A DNA stretch of 64,000 bases from Caecitellus pseudoparvulus (GCA_965644315.1 CBFFRQ010000016.1:1-64000); one strand, 5' to 3'; positions 1-13,295 are shown, counted from the first letter of the stretch. Notes: generated by a model from the sequence alone, not told the origin. A program made the numbers and translations.

Positions 1-4
1 GTTC

Positions 5-1501
5 ATGACTGTGCCTCGCTCGCTGCTGTCCATGGTGACGGTGTTCTTGACACTGCCCGCATCGCCCCAGGCCCAGTACATGCTGCAGGGCTTCAAGTAC
101 CTGGCTGGCTCCGAGCTGCACGTGCAGTTACAAGTGACGGCAGGGCTGTTGGCTGTGCTGTGGGGTGTGGTGCCGCTTGTCGTGCTGTGGCGGGGTCGGC
201 CTGTGTTGCCAGCAGGCCGACTGGCAGATGCACTGCAGGAGTCCAGCGCAGGAGGCCATGGTGGTTCAGAAAAGGAAGATGCAGACATGGAGAGCCTGCG
301 GGATGAGGTGGATTGTGGTGCGGATGGCACGACGACCTGGCCAGTGGCCACAGCAGCCACTGCTCTGTTGTATCCAGACGCCGCTGGCACGCTGCTGAGT
401 CACGCCCAGATGCAGGTGGAGGAGGCGACGAGCACATCTCCTGCGACGTGGCTGTGGACGAGTCTGGGGTGGAGCTGGGGCTTTTTCCGCCCTTCCATGT
501 GGTGGTACAGCCTGGTGTGGCTGGGGCAGTGTTTTGCGCTCGCCCTGGCCGCGGCAGCCTCGCCTTTCCTCATCAACCGCGCGTACATGGCGGGGGCAGT
601 GTGTGCCGTGTGCATGGCGGCCAACCTGTGGCTGCAGCCCCTGCTCATGACGGGGGACGCCCCAGCTTGGATGGGCTTGCCGCTGTTGCAACATGCAGTG
701 CGCAGCGAGCTGGACAAGCGAGCTGGGCACAGCCTGCGACTGGCAGCTGTCACACGCCTACACCGACAGTCGATGCTGCTGCATTCCCTGTCAGTGCTGG
801 TACAAGGCGGGGTCATGGTGCAGGCGGGTTTTACCTTTGCCATGTACGCTTGGAGGAGCGGTGCCTTCTTCGCCGAGGCAGGGCGCTCCAATCCGTACTT
901 GAGCGCAGTTGAGGTGGACCTGCAAGCAGCTGATGCCGTGGTCGTGGCAGGCGTGAACTGTGGCTTCTGGGTGCCTGTGTTGGGGCTGCTGTTCGTGTTG
1001 GCTGTGCCAAGCGCAGCCCTGCAAGGCACCAGTGCCCTTGCCAAGGCTCTGGCTGCAGGGCTGGCGTTCGTGTTCCGTTCGCCTGCAGGGCGCAGGGGGC
1101 TGTCCAAGAGCAAGCTGTCCAGTGCAGGCACGGGCGAAGGCGTTGAGCTGAGCAGTCTGTCCAAGACGGTGCTGGCCAAGCCAAATCAGGGAGATGGTGC
1201 GAGTCTGGAGGCAGTGAGGAGCATGGTGAAGTCGACCAAGGTGTCCACGCCTTCAGCTGCAACCACACGGCGCAAGTCCTCTAGGCGAACCAGCCTGATG
1301 CTGAGGAATGCCACCGCAGACTCGGAGAGGATGCGTTCCGCTTCCATCCAGTCCCTGGTCGACTCTGCGGCACGTGGTGAGGAGGAATCTGTGGCTGGAG
1401 GGGGAGCTCCAGGAGCAGTTGGGCGTGCTCGAGCTTCGCCTAGCTTTGCCCGGCGCAAGAAGAGTACCAGCGGCGGCAGTGTGGGCGGCAGCTCCTCATA
1501 G
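5..1501 (+). CDS. C-terminal part of a multi-pass membrane protein (probably 5'-truncated by the window edge)
   Basis: Long ORF with several hydrophobic segments (e.g. WWYSLVWLGQCFALALAAA, FWVPVLGLLFVLAV) and a Ser/Arg-rich tail; stop TAG at 1499-1501. Family not recognised. Confidence 0.65.
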   Translation: MTVPRSLLSMVTVFLTLPASPQAQYMLQGFKYLAGSELHVQLQVTAGLLAVLWGVVPLVVLWRGRPVLPAGRLADALQESSAGGHGGSEKEDADMESLRDEVDCGADGTTTWPVATAATALLYPDAAGTLLSHAQMQVEEATSTSPATWLWTSLGWSWGFFRPSMWWYSLVWLGQCFALALAAAASPFLINRAYMAGAVCAVCMAANLWLQPLLMTGDAPAWMGLPLLQHAVRSELDKRAGHSLRLAAVTRLHRQSMLLHSLSVLVQGGVMVQAGFTFAMYAWRSGAFFAEAGRSNPYLSAVEVDLQAADAVVVAGVNCGFWVPVLGLLFVLAVPSAALQGTSALAKALAAGLAFVFRSPAGRRGLSKSKLSSAGTGEGVELSSLSKTVLAKPNQGDGASLEAVRSMVKSTKVSTPSAATTRRKSSRRTSLMLRNATADSERMRSASIQSLVDSAARGEEESVAGGGAPGAVGRARASPSFARRKKSTSGGSVGGSSS

Positions 1502-1695
1502 GGGTAGACCCCCACGGCGTGCAACCCTCTGATCTCAAGAGCCAGTGTGTTTCATATTGTTGACTTTCGCACAGGCTCGGATTGACATGGCCCAGCAGCA
1601 GTTTGATTCAGTGACGCTTGAAATGCATGTGTCCATCGCTTGCCTGCTCACAGACCACAAGATGCAGTGCAAGCCATGGCGCAAGAGTCATTGGT

Positions 1696-1711
1696 GGTGT
1701 TGAGTAACACC
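1696..1711 (-). promoter_or_regulatory. Histone-type 3' stem-loop of H3 (GGTGTT-ACTC-AACACC)
   Basis: Perfect 6-bp stem with 4-nt loop, 48 nt downstream of the H3 stop and followed by ACCA. The same element follows all four histones. Confidence 0.9.
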
Positions 1712-1759
1712 GTGGGGGTGGTGGGCAGGCCAAGCCTGCGCCGCAAGGCTGCGCAGCAT

Positions 1760-2795
<1,036 letters not shown>

Positions 2796-2873
2796 GCGGA
2801 CTGCTTCCCGTGGCAGGGCTTGCCTGCCAGGCGGCGTGTGTGCTCGCGCACTGCGCCGCCCCACCACCCCAAC

Positions 2874-2889
2874 GGTGTTCCTCAACACC
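2874..2889 (+). promoter_or_regulatory. Histone-type 3' stem-loop of H4 (GGTGTT-CCTC-AACACC)
   Basis: 6-bp stem with 4-nt loop, preceded by CCACCACCCCAAC and followed by ACC. Confidence 0.9.
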
Positions 2890-3091
2890 ACCTTCACATG
2901 CACCACCACACGCTTGGCTTGCTGGGCAGGTCTGGATCAATGCACCCTGCACGTGGTGCGCGCTTGTACATCGCTGCAAGTGCTCAACCCTGCCTGGCTG
3001 TGGCCTCAACGCATCATGCACAGCCGGGCCCCACGCACACAACAGCAATTCATTTCAAAGATCGCACATCTACCCACATCGTCATACTGGT

Positions 3092-3107
3092 GGTGTTGAG
3101 TAACACC
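3092..3107 (-). promoter_or_regulatory. Histone-type 3' stem-loop of H2A (GGTGTT-ACTC-AACACC)
   Basis: Same element on the minus strand, preceded by ACCACCCCCAAC and followed by ACCA. Confidence 0.9.
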
Positions 3108-3180
3108 GTTGGGGGTGGTTGCTGTGCACAGACGACAGGATGCACCCTGCCGACGCCACAGCACGAAGCAGCCTGCTCGC

Positions 3181-3552
3181 TTACTTCTTCTTGGGCAGCA
3201 GCTGAGAGTGGATGTTGGGCAGCACACCACCGGACGCGATGGTGACGCCAGCCAGCAGCTTGTTCAGCTCCTCGTCGTTGCGCACAGCCAGCTGCACGTG
3301 GCGGGGGATGATGCGGCTCTTCTTGTTGTCACGAGCGGCGTTCCCAGCCAGCTCCAGGATCTCAGCGGCCAGGTACTCCAGGACAGCGGCCAGGTACACG
3401 GGGGCACCCGCGCCGATGCGGGAGGCCACACGCTGGTTGCGCATGTACCGAGCGACACGGCCCACGGGGAACTGCAGACCAGCCTTGGCGGAGCGGGAGG
3501 TGGACTTGCCACCCTTGCCCTTGCCGCGGCCGCCCTTGCCCTTGCCAGACAT
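3181..3552 (-). CDS. H2A: Histone H2A
   Basis: MSGKGKGG...[15 protein letters not shown]...[12 protein letters not shown]...LLPKKK; 123 aa. Confidence 0.98.
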   Translation of the reverse strand: MSGKGKGGRGKGKGGKSTSRSAKAGLQFPVGRVARYMRNQRVASRIGAGAPVYLAAVLEYLAAEILELAGNAARDNKKSRIIPRHVQLAVRNDEELNKLLAGVTIASGGVLPNIHSQLLPKKK

Positions 3553-4015
3553 GTTGGATGAGGTGTGTGTGTGTGCGGTGGTCACAACGTGACGATGCTG
3601 ACGATGCGTGGTGAGTTGGTGGGGAAGATTGATAGTGGCTTGGGCGGGGCAAGTGTGCTGCGTGCGGCGACTGGCCGCGCAGCTGACGGGGCTGGCGGGG
3701 TGTGCACGTGTGCTGCTTGAGCACATGCACGGGACTAGCCCAGACTGTGTGATGCGCTCACTGGATATTGCATGCCAGTTACACATGTCAACATTGTACA
3801 TGAGCTCCAGAACACGTGTGGCCGATGCGCCTGGTGTGCATGCATGTCAGTGACCGAGCAGTGCACGTGGCGCAGTGCACACAGCACACTCCCGCCCACC
3901 TCCACCCACACTCCCTCGCTTGCCCCCACATCACTCTGCCCACCCTCCTCCATCACACACGCTTCCCAGCACCCCAGTGCTCACTTCCCCGTGTCACACA
4001 CCCCCACCCATCACC
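3553..4015. promoter_or_regulatory. Bidirectional H2A/H2B promoter region
   Basis: 463-bp gap between divergent ATGs, with C/A-rich leaders. Confidence 0.7.
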
Positions 4016-4369
4016 ATGGCCAAGACCCCTTCCAAGAAGTCCGCCAAGAAGGCCGGCAAGTCCTCCGCCTCCACTGGCTCCAAGAAGAAGCGCGTGGAGA
4101 GCTACTCCACCTACATCTACCGCGTGCTGAAGCAGGTGCACCCCGAGATCGGCATCTCCAAGAAGGGCATGGGCATCATGAACTCCTTCATCAACGACGT
4201 CTTTGACCGCGTGTGCGCCGAGGCCGCTTCCCTGGCCCGCTACAACAAGAAGGCCACCCTGTCCTCCCGCGAGGTGCAGACTGCCGTGCGCCTGGTGCTG
4301 CCTGGCGAGCTGGCCAAGCACGCCGTGTCCGAGGGCACCAAGGCTGTGACCAAGTTCACCTCCGCCTAA
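4016..4369 (+). CDS. H2B: Histone H2B
   Basis: MAKTPSKK...[19 protein letters not shown]...[19 protein letters not shown]; 117 aa. Confidence 0.99.
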   Translation: MAKTPSKKSAKKAGKSSASTGSKKKRVESYSTYIYRVLKQVHPEIGISKKGMGIMNSFINDVFDRVCAEAASLARYNKKATLSSREVQTAVRLVLPGELAKHAVSEGTKAVTKFTSA

Positions 4370-4446
4370 GCGCCTGGACTTCCCTGTGCAGTGGAGTGGG
4401 GGGGAGCAAGTCGCCCCTCCTTTCCTGCACAACTACCACCCCCAAC

Positions 4447-4462
4447 GGTGTTACTCAACACC
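4447..4462 (+). promoter_or_regulatory. Histone-type 3' stem-loop of H2B (GGTGTT-ACTC-AACACC)
   Basis: 6-bp stem with 4-nt loop, preceded by ACCACCCCCAAC. Confidence 0.9.
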
Positions 4463-4523
4463 ATCACCACCAGAATCACAACTGAGGACATTTACTTGCG
4501 TGTGCGTCGCGGAATGAATTTGC

Positions 4524-7500
4524 TCAGTCCAGGGCTGTGAGGATGTGTCCAGCGTGATCGAAGTCAGGGCTCGATGAGGCGAGCTTGGCCAGGCATGCAC
4601 GAAGCGGCGTGCACCTTGACATGGCAGACTTGAGGTCGGACGAATGCTGTGGGTCTCGCAGCAGTAGATGCAGGACTCTCAGGAGGCGCTGGGTCGTCGC
4701 AGCTCCGGTGGACGCGGCGCTTGTGGCTGCGCATTCAAACACGTGTGCCACGACTCCAACAGGTGATTTGCGAACCCCTGTCCCGCTTCCACGCACAGCA
4801 GCGGTCACTGCAGCTAGGTCGCGTGCGGCACCTTGCCATTCGCACATGGCTGCAGTGACCGCCTCGCGCGTCGCTGTGGACTTGGCCGCGAGGACGAGGA
4901 GTCGTGCCGCGGAAGTTGCAACTTCATCCTCAACACTCCCGAGTGCCTTGCCCCGATGTGCTGGGGACAGGGCCAGGGTGTCCAAACCCCAAGACATGAA
5001 GTGAAAGAGGGACGGCACTGTCTCTTGCAGGAGTGCGAGTACTCGCTGAGATGCTTCCTCCAGGCTGTCGTGATTGGCTGTGACCTCGTAGACTGCGTCG
5101 GTCAAGAGCAACAGCAAGAAGTGGAGCGAGTGAAGCGAGTCTTCCTCCCCTGTTCCCCCGGTAGGGGAAGCCAGGGAAGTGCTAGAGCCCCTGGCGTCCC
5201 GCGCGAGCGGCTCACTTCGACCCGCCAAACTCCCGAGCACTTCCAGGAAGGCGTTGCGGACGACACTCTCCAGGCCATGCCGCTCCCAGACGATGAGGAC
5301 ATCAGCTTCCCCTGTGGAAAGGAGTGTGTGAAGCAGCTGGATGCTGTCGGACAAGAACCCTGCATCGCTTGATCCGTGCTCCTGGCTGTGGCAAGCTGCG
5401 CGAAGGCAAGCGACGACGGGCGACAGTCCACCGGCTGCCACCAATACAGGTGCCGTGCTTGCAGCTCGCCAGCTGACAAGCTGCATGATGCAGAACTGAA
5501 GTACCTTTGCCGTCGCGCTTGAGGGGGGCCGGGTGGCTGACAGGGCGGTTGCTGCAGGCAACATGTCTTGCACGATGCTTTGCTGGATGGTTGACGAGGT
5601 GGCGGATTGCTCGGCCGCATCCAGCCAGCCCCCCGTTTCGGCTAACACCACACAAACATCATGAAAGCAGGACACGAAGGCTTCTTCTGCATGCGTCTGC
5701 TCACCTGACCCAGCTAGTCTTGTGACAAGTGTGCTCGTGATCCGCCCTGCTGCTGCGAGGGCGCGGCATAAGCCTTCAAGGAGAGTTCCGTGGCTGGTGA
5801 GCGTGCTCGGCCGCAGCAGGAGCAGGGTATTGCAGTGCGCAATGAGCCCTTGAACGATGTCCAAGGTTTCGGTAGCCACTCTGGATGGGGAGAGAGTCAG
5901 TGCGTGCTCCACCACGCGAAGGAGTTTGGCCTCGCCGTCCAGCACAGCTGCCACCGCCCGAAGCTCCAAGGCAAGAAGGCTGGCGTCGGCTGCAAATTCT
6001 TCCCATTGCTGTGCAGCAGCGATGCTGGACACTAGCTGTGCCATTCTGGCACATGCTCCTGACAGCCCTGGAAGCCAGCTGCGTTCCACAGCGGATGCAG
6101 GGGCCTCAACAGCCTTCGCTGCGTAGGACACCCATGCAGTCTGACAAGCCCTTGCCCAGTCATCCCCTCCCACGAATTCCAGTAAGGCTGCCCAGGATGA
6201 GGAAGCTTCGGGGCTTGGCCCAGGCTCGAGCCTCGCCAGCGCAGATGGTAAGGATGGAGCGAGCAAGGCCAGTGGAGCTGCTGCAGCAATGAGAACAGGC
6301 GGCACTCCAGCAAAGCCGCGCTCAGTGCTGTATCGAACCGCCCGCAATGCAGTGCCTAGCAAGGCAACTGGGAGCTCTCCTTGTCTGACAACGTGAGGGG
6401 CTTGGGCGGAGTGAGATAAGGATACTGCGTGGCCGGCAAAGACAGCTTCCGCCGCTCCTTCCTTGCCTCGCCAAGTTGGGTGCCCATTGAAGGCTGCCAG
6501 GGTAAGCTGAGAGCCCAGTTCAGCCAGATATACTGTTGCAGACGACAGGCTCGCGGGCACTGGGTTGCCAGATGGGCACACACCCTGGCCGACGGCCACC
6601 AGCGTCGCAAGACGCAGGAGTGTGCTGGCAGCATCTGCCTGTACGCTTGCCTGGTGAGGGGGGACTCCGGGGGAGTCCATGCGGAGAAGATCCTGCTGCT
6701 TGGTTCTCGTGGACTTCGTGCTGCCGATCTGGGCCGCCGCCGCGCCCAGCCGAGATGCAATCACCTGCCAGTCGATCCAACTGAGCCACGCAGGGGTGCC
6801 GCCTCGCTCCTCGTAGCTGGCAACTGCGAGAGTTGGCTGCGCACGGAGGATCTGCCCGATGCCCCCTGCACAGCTCTGTAAAAGTGCTGTCTGATGCTGA
6901 GGCAGGACGTCTGTCATGTGATGTGCTTGTTGCAGTCCCGCAGAAAAGACCCAAAGTGTGCTTGCTCGCAGGACGACAGGTGGCCCGCCAGCAAGGAGGA
7001 GGGAGTGATCGAGCTCTGCTGGGGAGGAATACTCCTTGGGCATAAACTCCTCGCAGGCCACGGCTCCGGCTGTGGAGGAAACGTGGGAAGGGGGAAGTTG
7101 CACTTGTCCAGCACAGGGGATGGACGGTGTCGGCGCCACAGCTGCAATGTTCGCAAGTGTCTGAACCGCAGCAAGCATTGCTACGTGGCTTCCTGGCCAC
7201 TCTCCTTGCCCAAGAGCGAGTGTGTGCAACGTTTCCCACAAGGCTGCTGGCGGGCGCAAGCTGTTTCCGCCCGGAGCAGCAGCTGCATAGAAGCCTGCTT
7301 CCGCCAAAATGAAGCTGCACGCGACCGCCAGCCCTGGGGATCCTACCGCTGCTGACGGGCGCGTGCGCTCGAGACACACCTCCCATGCGCTTGGCGGGCT
7401 GCCTTCCGCAACGCCAGCATGACAAGGCACCCACAGGTGCGCGGGTATTGCTTCGGCGTGGCGAAGCGCGCTAGCCAGTGCCACAGCGGCTGTGGTTGCC

Positions 7501-9786
7501 AGGGGATCCTTCGCAGCTCTCACCCACTGGAGCAAGGTAACTCCTAGGGGTCCCTCGAGAACAGCGTAGGCAAGGCGCGGTGAGTACTGGCACGCCGCAC
7601 AAGCAGCGAGTGCCAGCCCTGCGCATTGGAGGCCTGTGGAGGTGTCTGCACTCAGAAGTTGATCCATGACTTCGCGGGTCTGGGCCGCGTCGCGGCAAGC
7701 AGCCATGCTCTGTGGCACGGGAAGGTGTTGCAGTGGTGGTGCCCAAACCCAAGCATGACCTTGCGTGTGCCGTTCACAGAGCAACATTCGGGGGGCACCA
7801 GCAACTGAAATCGAGTCAGGGCTCCCACGCTTCAGCATGCCAAAGAGCCCAACCAGACTCAGGGGATGTGGTGCAGGGAAGACCGCATCCACTGAGGCAT
7901 CCACGGCCGTACTCCCAACCACTGGCGCGACCGGGAAGTCGTTGGGTGGGAATATACTGGCCAGGGTCTCAGCCACCATGTCTGGGACTCGCACATTCAC
8001 GCAAATCGTGTTCCCGCGGTCGTGTGGGGTGCTAGGGAGTGCAGGAAGTGACGGCACAGACGCGAAGCTGGCACTGTCCTCCTGTGATGTGGAGTGAGCA
8101 CGAGGGACGCTTGGCAGTGAGGGGGGAGCACACGAGTGCAGCGCTTCAGCGTGCGCAAGCGCTTGCGTAGCATCTGGTTCCATGGACATTCTTGCTTCCC
8201 CGCCTGTCTCCTCTTCCCTAGATTGCGGTGTTTGCTGGGCAGGGGCTGGCGGGGCTTCGGTTGCCGCTGGCCGGGGTGCAGATGCTGAAACTGCGCAGCC
8301 AACGGTGTCCGCTTCCTGCTCAGAGTGAAGGCTGGCGTCGCTGGGCAGGCTAGTGGGGCGTTTGATTTGCGGGCTCGGGCTCCCGCTGCTCGTGTTACTG
8401 CTGGGTCCTGGTGGGCCAATTGCCCCCTGTGAAGAATGCACCTTGGCAGGGGTGATCCCAACGTTTGCTGGGGGGCGAAGGGGGGAGCCCGCGGAAGCCG
8501 AGGCTGCGCCAAGACTTGGTCGGCCTCCAGACGTCCCTAGACCCAGTGATTGGCAGGCAGACACGCAGACCTGCCAAGCTGGCTGGAGTGGCAGGGCACT
8601 GGGAGGATTTGGCGCGATGGTGGCCGCCGCGACCACATCGCCGCGCTCCTCGGCAGAGACCATGAAAAACGGATGAGCGCAGAGCTCCGTGACGTTTGCG
8701 CGCCGGCTAGGGTCTGCCTGCAGACATCTGCTCAGTAAGTGCTGCAGCGCAAGGGTCGGACTCCTGTCGTGGAGTGACGCGGAATGTGTGGCAGTGGAGC
8801 TGTGGCTCCTTCCCCCCTCTCCACTCGCGCTGCCTGGCCTGCCTTTCCCAGCTCCACGCAGGGGGCGTGGGAGCTGTGGCAGGAGCACCGTCTCGCCAGC
8901 TCGCACTTGGTGCAGTGCGGCGTTCGCGCTCTCGTGCACCACTGCAACGGCATCCTTGGGCACGAATGGCGGCTCCCATGATGACGCAGGGTCCACCGGC
9001 GAAAACCCGAAAGTCAACTCGTAAAGCAGACATCCGAAAGCCCAGATGTCCTGTGCCGATGTCAGGGGGGGCGTCCGTGTACCGGTGCTGGCGCTGGAGT
9101 CTGCGGTGGAACTCGGCACGGTGCTGGTGGCTGCGGCAGAGTGCTCTGGAGCACGGTATGGCAGAGCAGCGAGCACGTCAGCAGACGGCGGCTCAGTGTT
9201 GTCGAAAGTCGTGCTGAGTTTGAAGTCTGCGAGCTGTGGTCGCAAGCGAGGTCTTGGGTGCTGAGGCTGTGTCTCGGCTGCGCGGGTCACTTGCACCAAC
9301 CTTCGGACGCCCAGCGGACGTCAGGAGCACCGCGCTGTGGTGCAGCCCAGCCATGATGACGCCTCTGGAGTGTGCGGCGACGAGGCCCGCCAGAATGCCT
9401 GCGCCCAGCACTTGAACGCAGCGCTCCGGGAAGGCGCCGTCGCCTGTCAAACTCTCTGACAGGGCCCCACCGTCACACAGCTCTAGCACTTGCCAGACAT
9501 GCCTGCCAGTGGTGTACCAGTTGTGAAACTGCACGACATCATGGCAACCCCTGAGCTTGTAAAGCGCGAAGACGTTGTTTTCCACCTGGAAGGAGGAAAG
9601 GCGGTTCGCGTTTCGCTGGCGTTTGCATTGCAGGCGATGTCGCCCTGTACACACCAAGTGTGTCAAGCTCTTCGGGCACTTCACAATCGCGACGTGTTGG
9701 GTGGAGTGCTTGTGGCGTGCTTTTACCACGGTGGAGCTCGACAGCTCTCCTTGCCCAATGTCTTCGTAGAAGTTGTACCCGTCCAT
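4524..9786 (-). CDS. ULK4: ULK4/RUNKEL-like pseudokinase with long HEAT/ARM-like C-terminus; introns 9586-9654 and 9234-9300
   Basis: N-terminus MDGYNFYEDIGQG...VAIVKC...VQFHNWYTTGRHVWQVLELCDGG is ULK4-like. The HRD and DFG motifs are degenerate (AGLHHS, DFK); YRAPE and DIWAFGCLLYEL are present. GT-AG introns restore the frame. Confidence 0.8.
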
Positions 9787-10252
9787 CTCCCAGGATCAGC
9801 GGCTGGCGTTGGCACGACAGCAAGGCAAGCGTGCGACTCCGTGCTGTAGCAAGGGGGCATGCGGAGGTGATTGGCACGGGAAGCACATACACTCCCTCTG
9901 CCCAGCAGCTTCAGTGCTGCTCACTGGCAATCGCGATTTGACTTGAGAATGAAGCCTCAGCATCTGCAAGCCCATTGGTGCGGAAATTGTGAGTTCCCCC
10001 CCACAGCACGGCCTCCAAAGTCGGCAAAAAACGCCATTCAGCGAATACTTCCATTCGTGGTGGGTGGTGGGCGTACTTTCTTCGGTGTTCGCTTCAGTAA
10101 TTGGGTCATTTTCCTCTTTCTTCCTTCGAATAGCTTCAGAATCTAAGTGACCAGCTGCTCAGGTTCAGAACGTGTGTAAAAGTGCTTTCTGGGGGACAGC
10201 CAACACCTAGAACCAAGTGTGCCATCTTGAGCAAGGTTTCTTTGCATTCGGC

Positions 10253-12476
10253 CTACGCATCAACGGGTATGCCCCCACCTGTTACTTCCTGGGCTTCTGC
10301 TATCGGGATATGGTCAATCGAGTGGTGGTCCTCAAGGTTCTGCTGCTGGTCTGTGTCGTCACCTGAGCTCGCCTGAGCCTCAGCAACGGATGCTGGCACT
10401 TGGAGGTGCATGGTGACGGACCCTGATGCATCGTCAACCTCCACCTCCACTTGGTCAGCCAATGTATGCAGTCTGTGCTCCCACCATTTGTACTTGAGGA
10501 CGTGCGATGCCGAGTGAAAGGAAGCGGGCACGGGCATGATGCGTTTCAGCTCTGCCGCGGCGTAGGTCTGCTTGTGGATCTTTGCAGTCGAGGGGTCGAA
10601 GAGGGACAGCGTCATGTCCCCAGAGGACATGTCTGCTGCAAGCGTCAGCATTGCGACCCGGAACGCATCTCGCCCGGACCCGGGCGTAGTGCTCTGCCCA
10701 GCAATGCGCATGGAGCGCTGGTGCACGACACGCCCCGGGAAAGCTGTAGCAGATGTGGGTGTACGAGCGGGCTGAGTGGGGTGCGCCAAGGTTCCCACCG
10801 ACACCGTCATGCGGCCAGCAGCTGACTGCGGTCGAATGGGGGGCAGGGATGTACGGGGCAGCCCCTTGACCATGAATGCAGCGGGGGAGGAGTCAGCCAC
10901 AGGGGCGCCTCCACCATGCCCCAGTTTCAAGGCACCAACGGAGAATGGCGAGGCGGGAAGCCCCCCGCCACCAGGAGTCGCAGGCGCGCTTCGTGGGTGG
11001 GTGGCGGGGGCCGGGAGCTGTTGCGTGTCCACGGATGCGGTGCGCGCAAGCTGTGACCCCAGCGCCTCCTGCAATCGCAGTGTCGACTTGTCCAATGCAC
11101 TGCCAGGCGAGCCCGATGACGGGTCGCCGCCTGCACCGGGTTCATGCAAGGCAGCCAGTCGTGGGTTGCGCTGCAAGAACGCTTCGCTGCCGCGCAGTCT
11201 GCCGCGTGCCTGTGCCGCCGCAGCTTCGCCGTGCAAGCCCACCTTGGAGACCGACGACGCCGAGGAGGGCCGCGCCGCGGCACTGGAGTACCGGAGGAGT
11301 CGGGCTTCAATTCGGCTTTGGATGTCACGAATGCGGAGGTCGAATGCAGCCGCGTTTGGCTCCGTGCGCTCTGACGGCTCCCGCCCCACGCCCCCCGCAA
11401 AGCGTCCTTGGTCCAGGAGCGCCTGGTCCACGGCGCGCTCAGTCGTGGGGGTGGACGGTCCTTGCTGAGAGGTCCATGTTGACCGCGCAGGACTGTGCGG
11501 ACTCCCCTTCCACAGGTCTGTCCCGGCTGTGGGCCTTTCGGGGGCTGTGAAGGGCCTCTGGCTGGAGCCCCACCCAGCGGCCTGGAAACTCCCAGAAGCT
11601 CCACTGACAGCCATGGATGCATGGGTGTTGGACTGTGCATGCGTTTCCATGGAGACACTCATTCGGCCCATGCTGTCGCTCTCAAGCTGGCCGGAGGAGA
11701 GGGCAGAGCCGGAGTCCACTATGCGCGCCCCAGCCATCTGCCGACGCCGGACATCCCTGTCGTGAGGTTGTGTGGAAATTGCATGTGCTTCTCTGCGCGC
11801 TGCAGGCGTGAACAGTCCGCCGTCGGTGCTTGCCACGTGTGGACTTGGAAGGCGCTTGGCTGCCTGGTCCGCCTTCGGCCCGGGCTGCTTCCGGGCGACA
11901 GGCCGAGCAGTCCTGTACAGCGCCTTGCTCTTTCGCATGCGTCTCGCATGATCTTGCCCCAGTTCAGATTCGGGGATGCCACGGATGAGGTTGGGAAAGG
12001 CAGGGGCACGAGCGGTGGACTTCCGCGCCCCAGCTTGCTTGTTTCGCCTTCGTGGAGCATGCAAAGAAGCGCTCTCCGCGACTCGCAACGTCACTTGGGG
12101 GCTGTCCACGAACTGCTCCATGGTGCAGAGGCTCTCGTAGTATGCAGGCATGGGTGTCTGTTGGGTCCGGCAGCGGCGGGATGTGGAGCTCGAAGCTGTC
12201 ATAGTTCATGCGGCGCGGTGCGGGGATTGGCCTGCACGACGCACGTTGTTCGAAGCCAGAAAGTCAAAGGTGCGTGGCAAGTAGTTGACGGTCACGATCT
12301 GAAGGGGGGGGGAGGACGGGGTGGCGGTGCGGAGTTTGAATGCACGGCGAGTGACCCGCTGCCTGCACCTGCTGTCGAAGCTGTGCAAGGGACAAGTGGC
12401 GAGGCACCCGAACAGTGCATACTGGAGCTGGAACTCCCTCGATGCAGATGGTCAGTTTCAGCTGCTCGCCCTCCAT
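10253..12476 (-). CDS. Hypothetical protein, 2 introns near the 5' end; possible ubiquitin-like N-terminal domain
   Basis: Splicing at GT-AG sites joins MEGEQLKLTICIEG...LRQQ | IVTVNYLPRTFDFLASNN | TPMPAYYESLCTMEQF to the 649-aa ORF. Confidence 0.6.
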
Positions 12477-12724
12477 GGCGACGATTTAGTTGCGTGCGGA
12501 CGGGTGCTGCGGTGCGGAGCGGCGGTGGTGTTGCGGACCGTCAACTCCTCGAATTGGCGTGCGGGGCCACCAGGTGCCAGGCCCACGCGTCAAAGCTGGA
12601 CACCCGAAGCTCGCACCCTAATAGTTTGTGCTTTCATGTGAATTGCTCGGAGCGCGAGGCGCCTTGTGGTGGCATGCGGTTGAGCCCCCTTCCGCAGCGA
12701 CGACGCCCGCTTTTGCAGCGCAGT

Positions 12725-13295
12725 TTACTGCGTCTTCTTGTCCATCACCGGTGGGAAGGCAGCCGCAAACATGCTGGAAATAGCGGCGATGAGAATGACC
12801 GTGTTGACCACGTATGTGGAGATGCACACAATGCAGGCATCGTGAAGGATGTTGTACAGGACGTAGCCTAGCCAGACGGAGGAGGCTGCAGCAGCCGACG
12901 CGGCGAACAGCATGATGGCTGCCCGGAGACGGCGCGGCAGGAAGGCAAGGTCATCATGAAAGAAGGCGCACACGTAGAAGAGCAGGCCGTAGGCAGCGTT
13001 GGGCAGGTCCAGAGCGTGGCCTGATGGCACGAGTCCAAGGAGGCTCATCATGCGTCCGTACTTGCTCGTAAAGACCCTGCGCGACAAAAGGGGCACTTCA
13101 ATGTGAACAAGCGGCCCCTGCCTGAGCGGGGCGTGTGGGAGCGGCGCACTTTGAGCAGGCCACCCAGGAGTTGATGTCACAGGCGGCGACGTAGAGTTCG
13201 TCTTCCGCCTTCCGGTGCTCCACATAGAGCGCATAGGCACTGAGCAACATGCCCAGCACAGACATGATCCTAATCAGCGTCGTGGATGCTGTCAT
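12725..13295 (-). CDS. VKORC1: Vitamin K epoxide reductase (VKORC1-like); intron 13077-13149
   Basis: LSAYALYVE...ACDINSWVACSK|VFTSKYG...PNAAYGLLFY...CIVCISTY; the loop Cys pair and catalytic CxxC are present. Confidence 0.92.

Noticed and set aside
10020-10190. AT-rich intergenic segment with a minus-strand T6 run and several CTGA boxes, as a snoRNA or Pol III RNA
   Set aside because: There is no box C (RUGAUGA), A/B box, Sm site or recognisable guide. It is more simply the 3'UTR or promoter between two same-strand genes.
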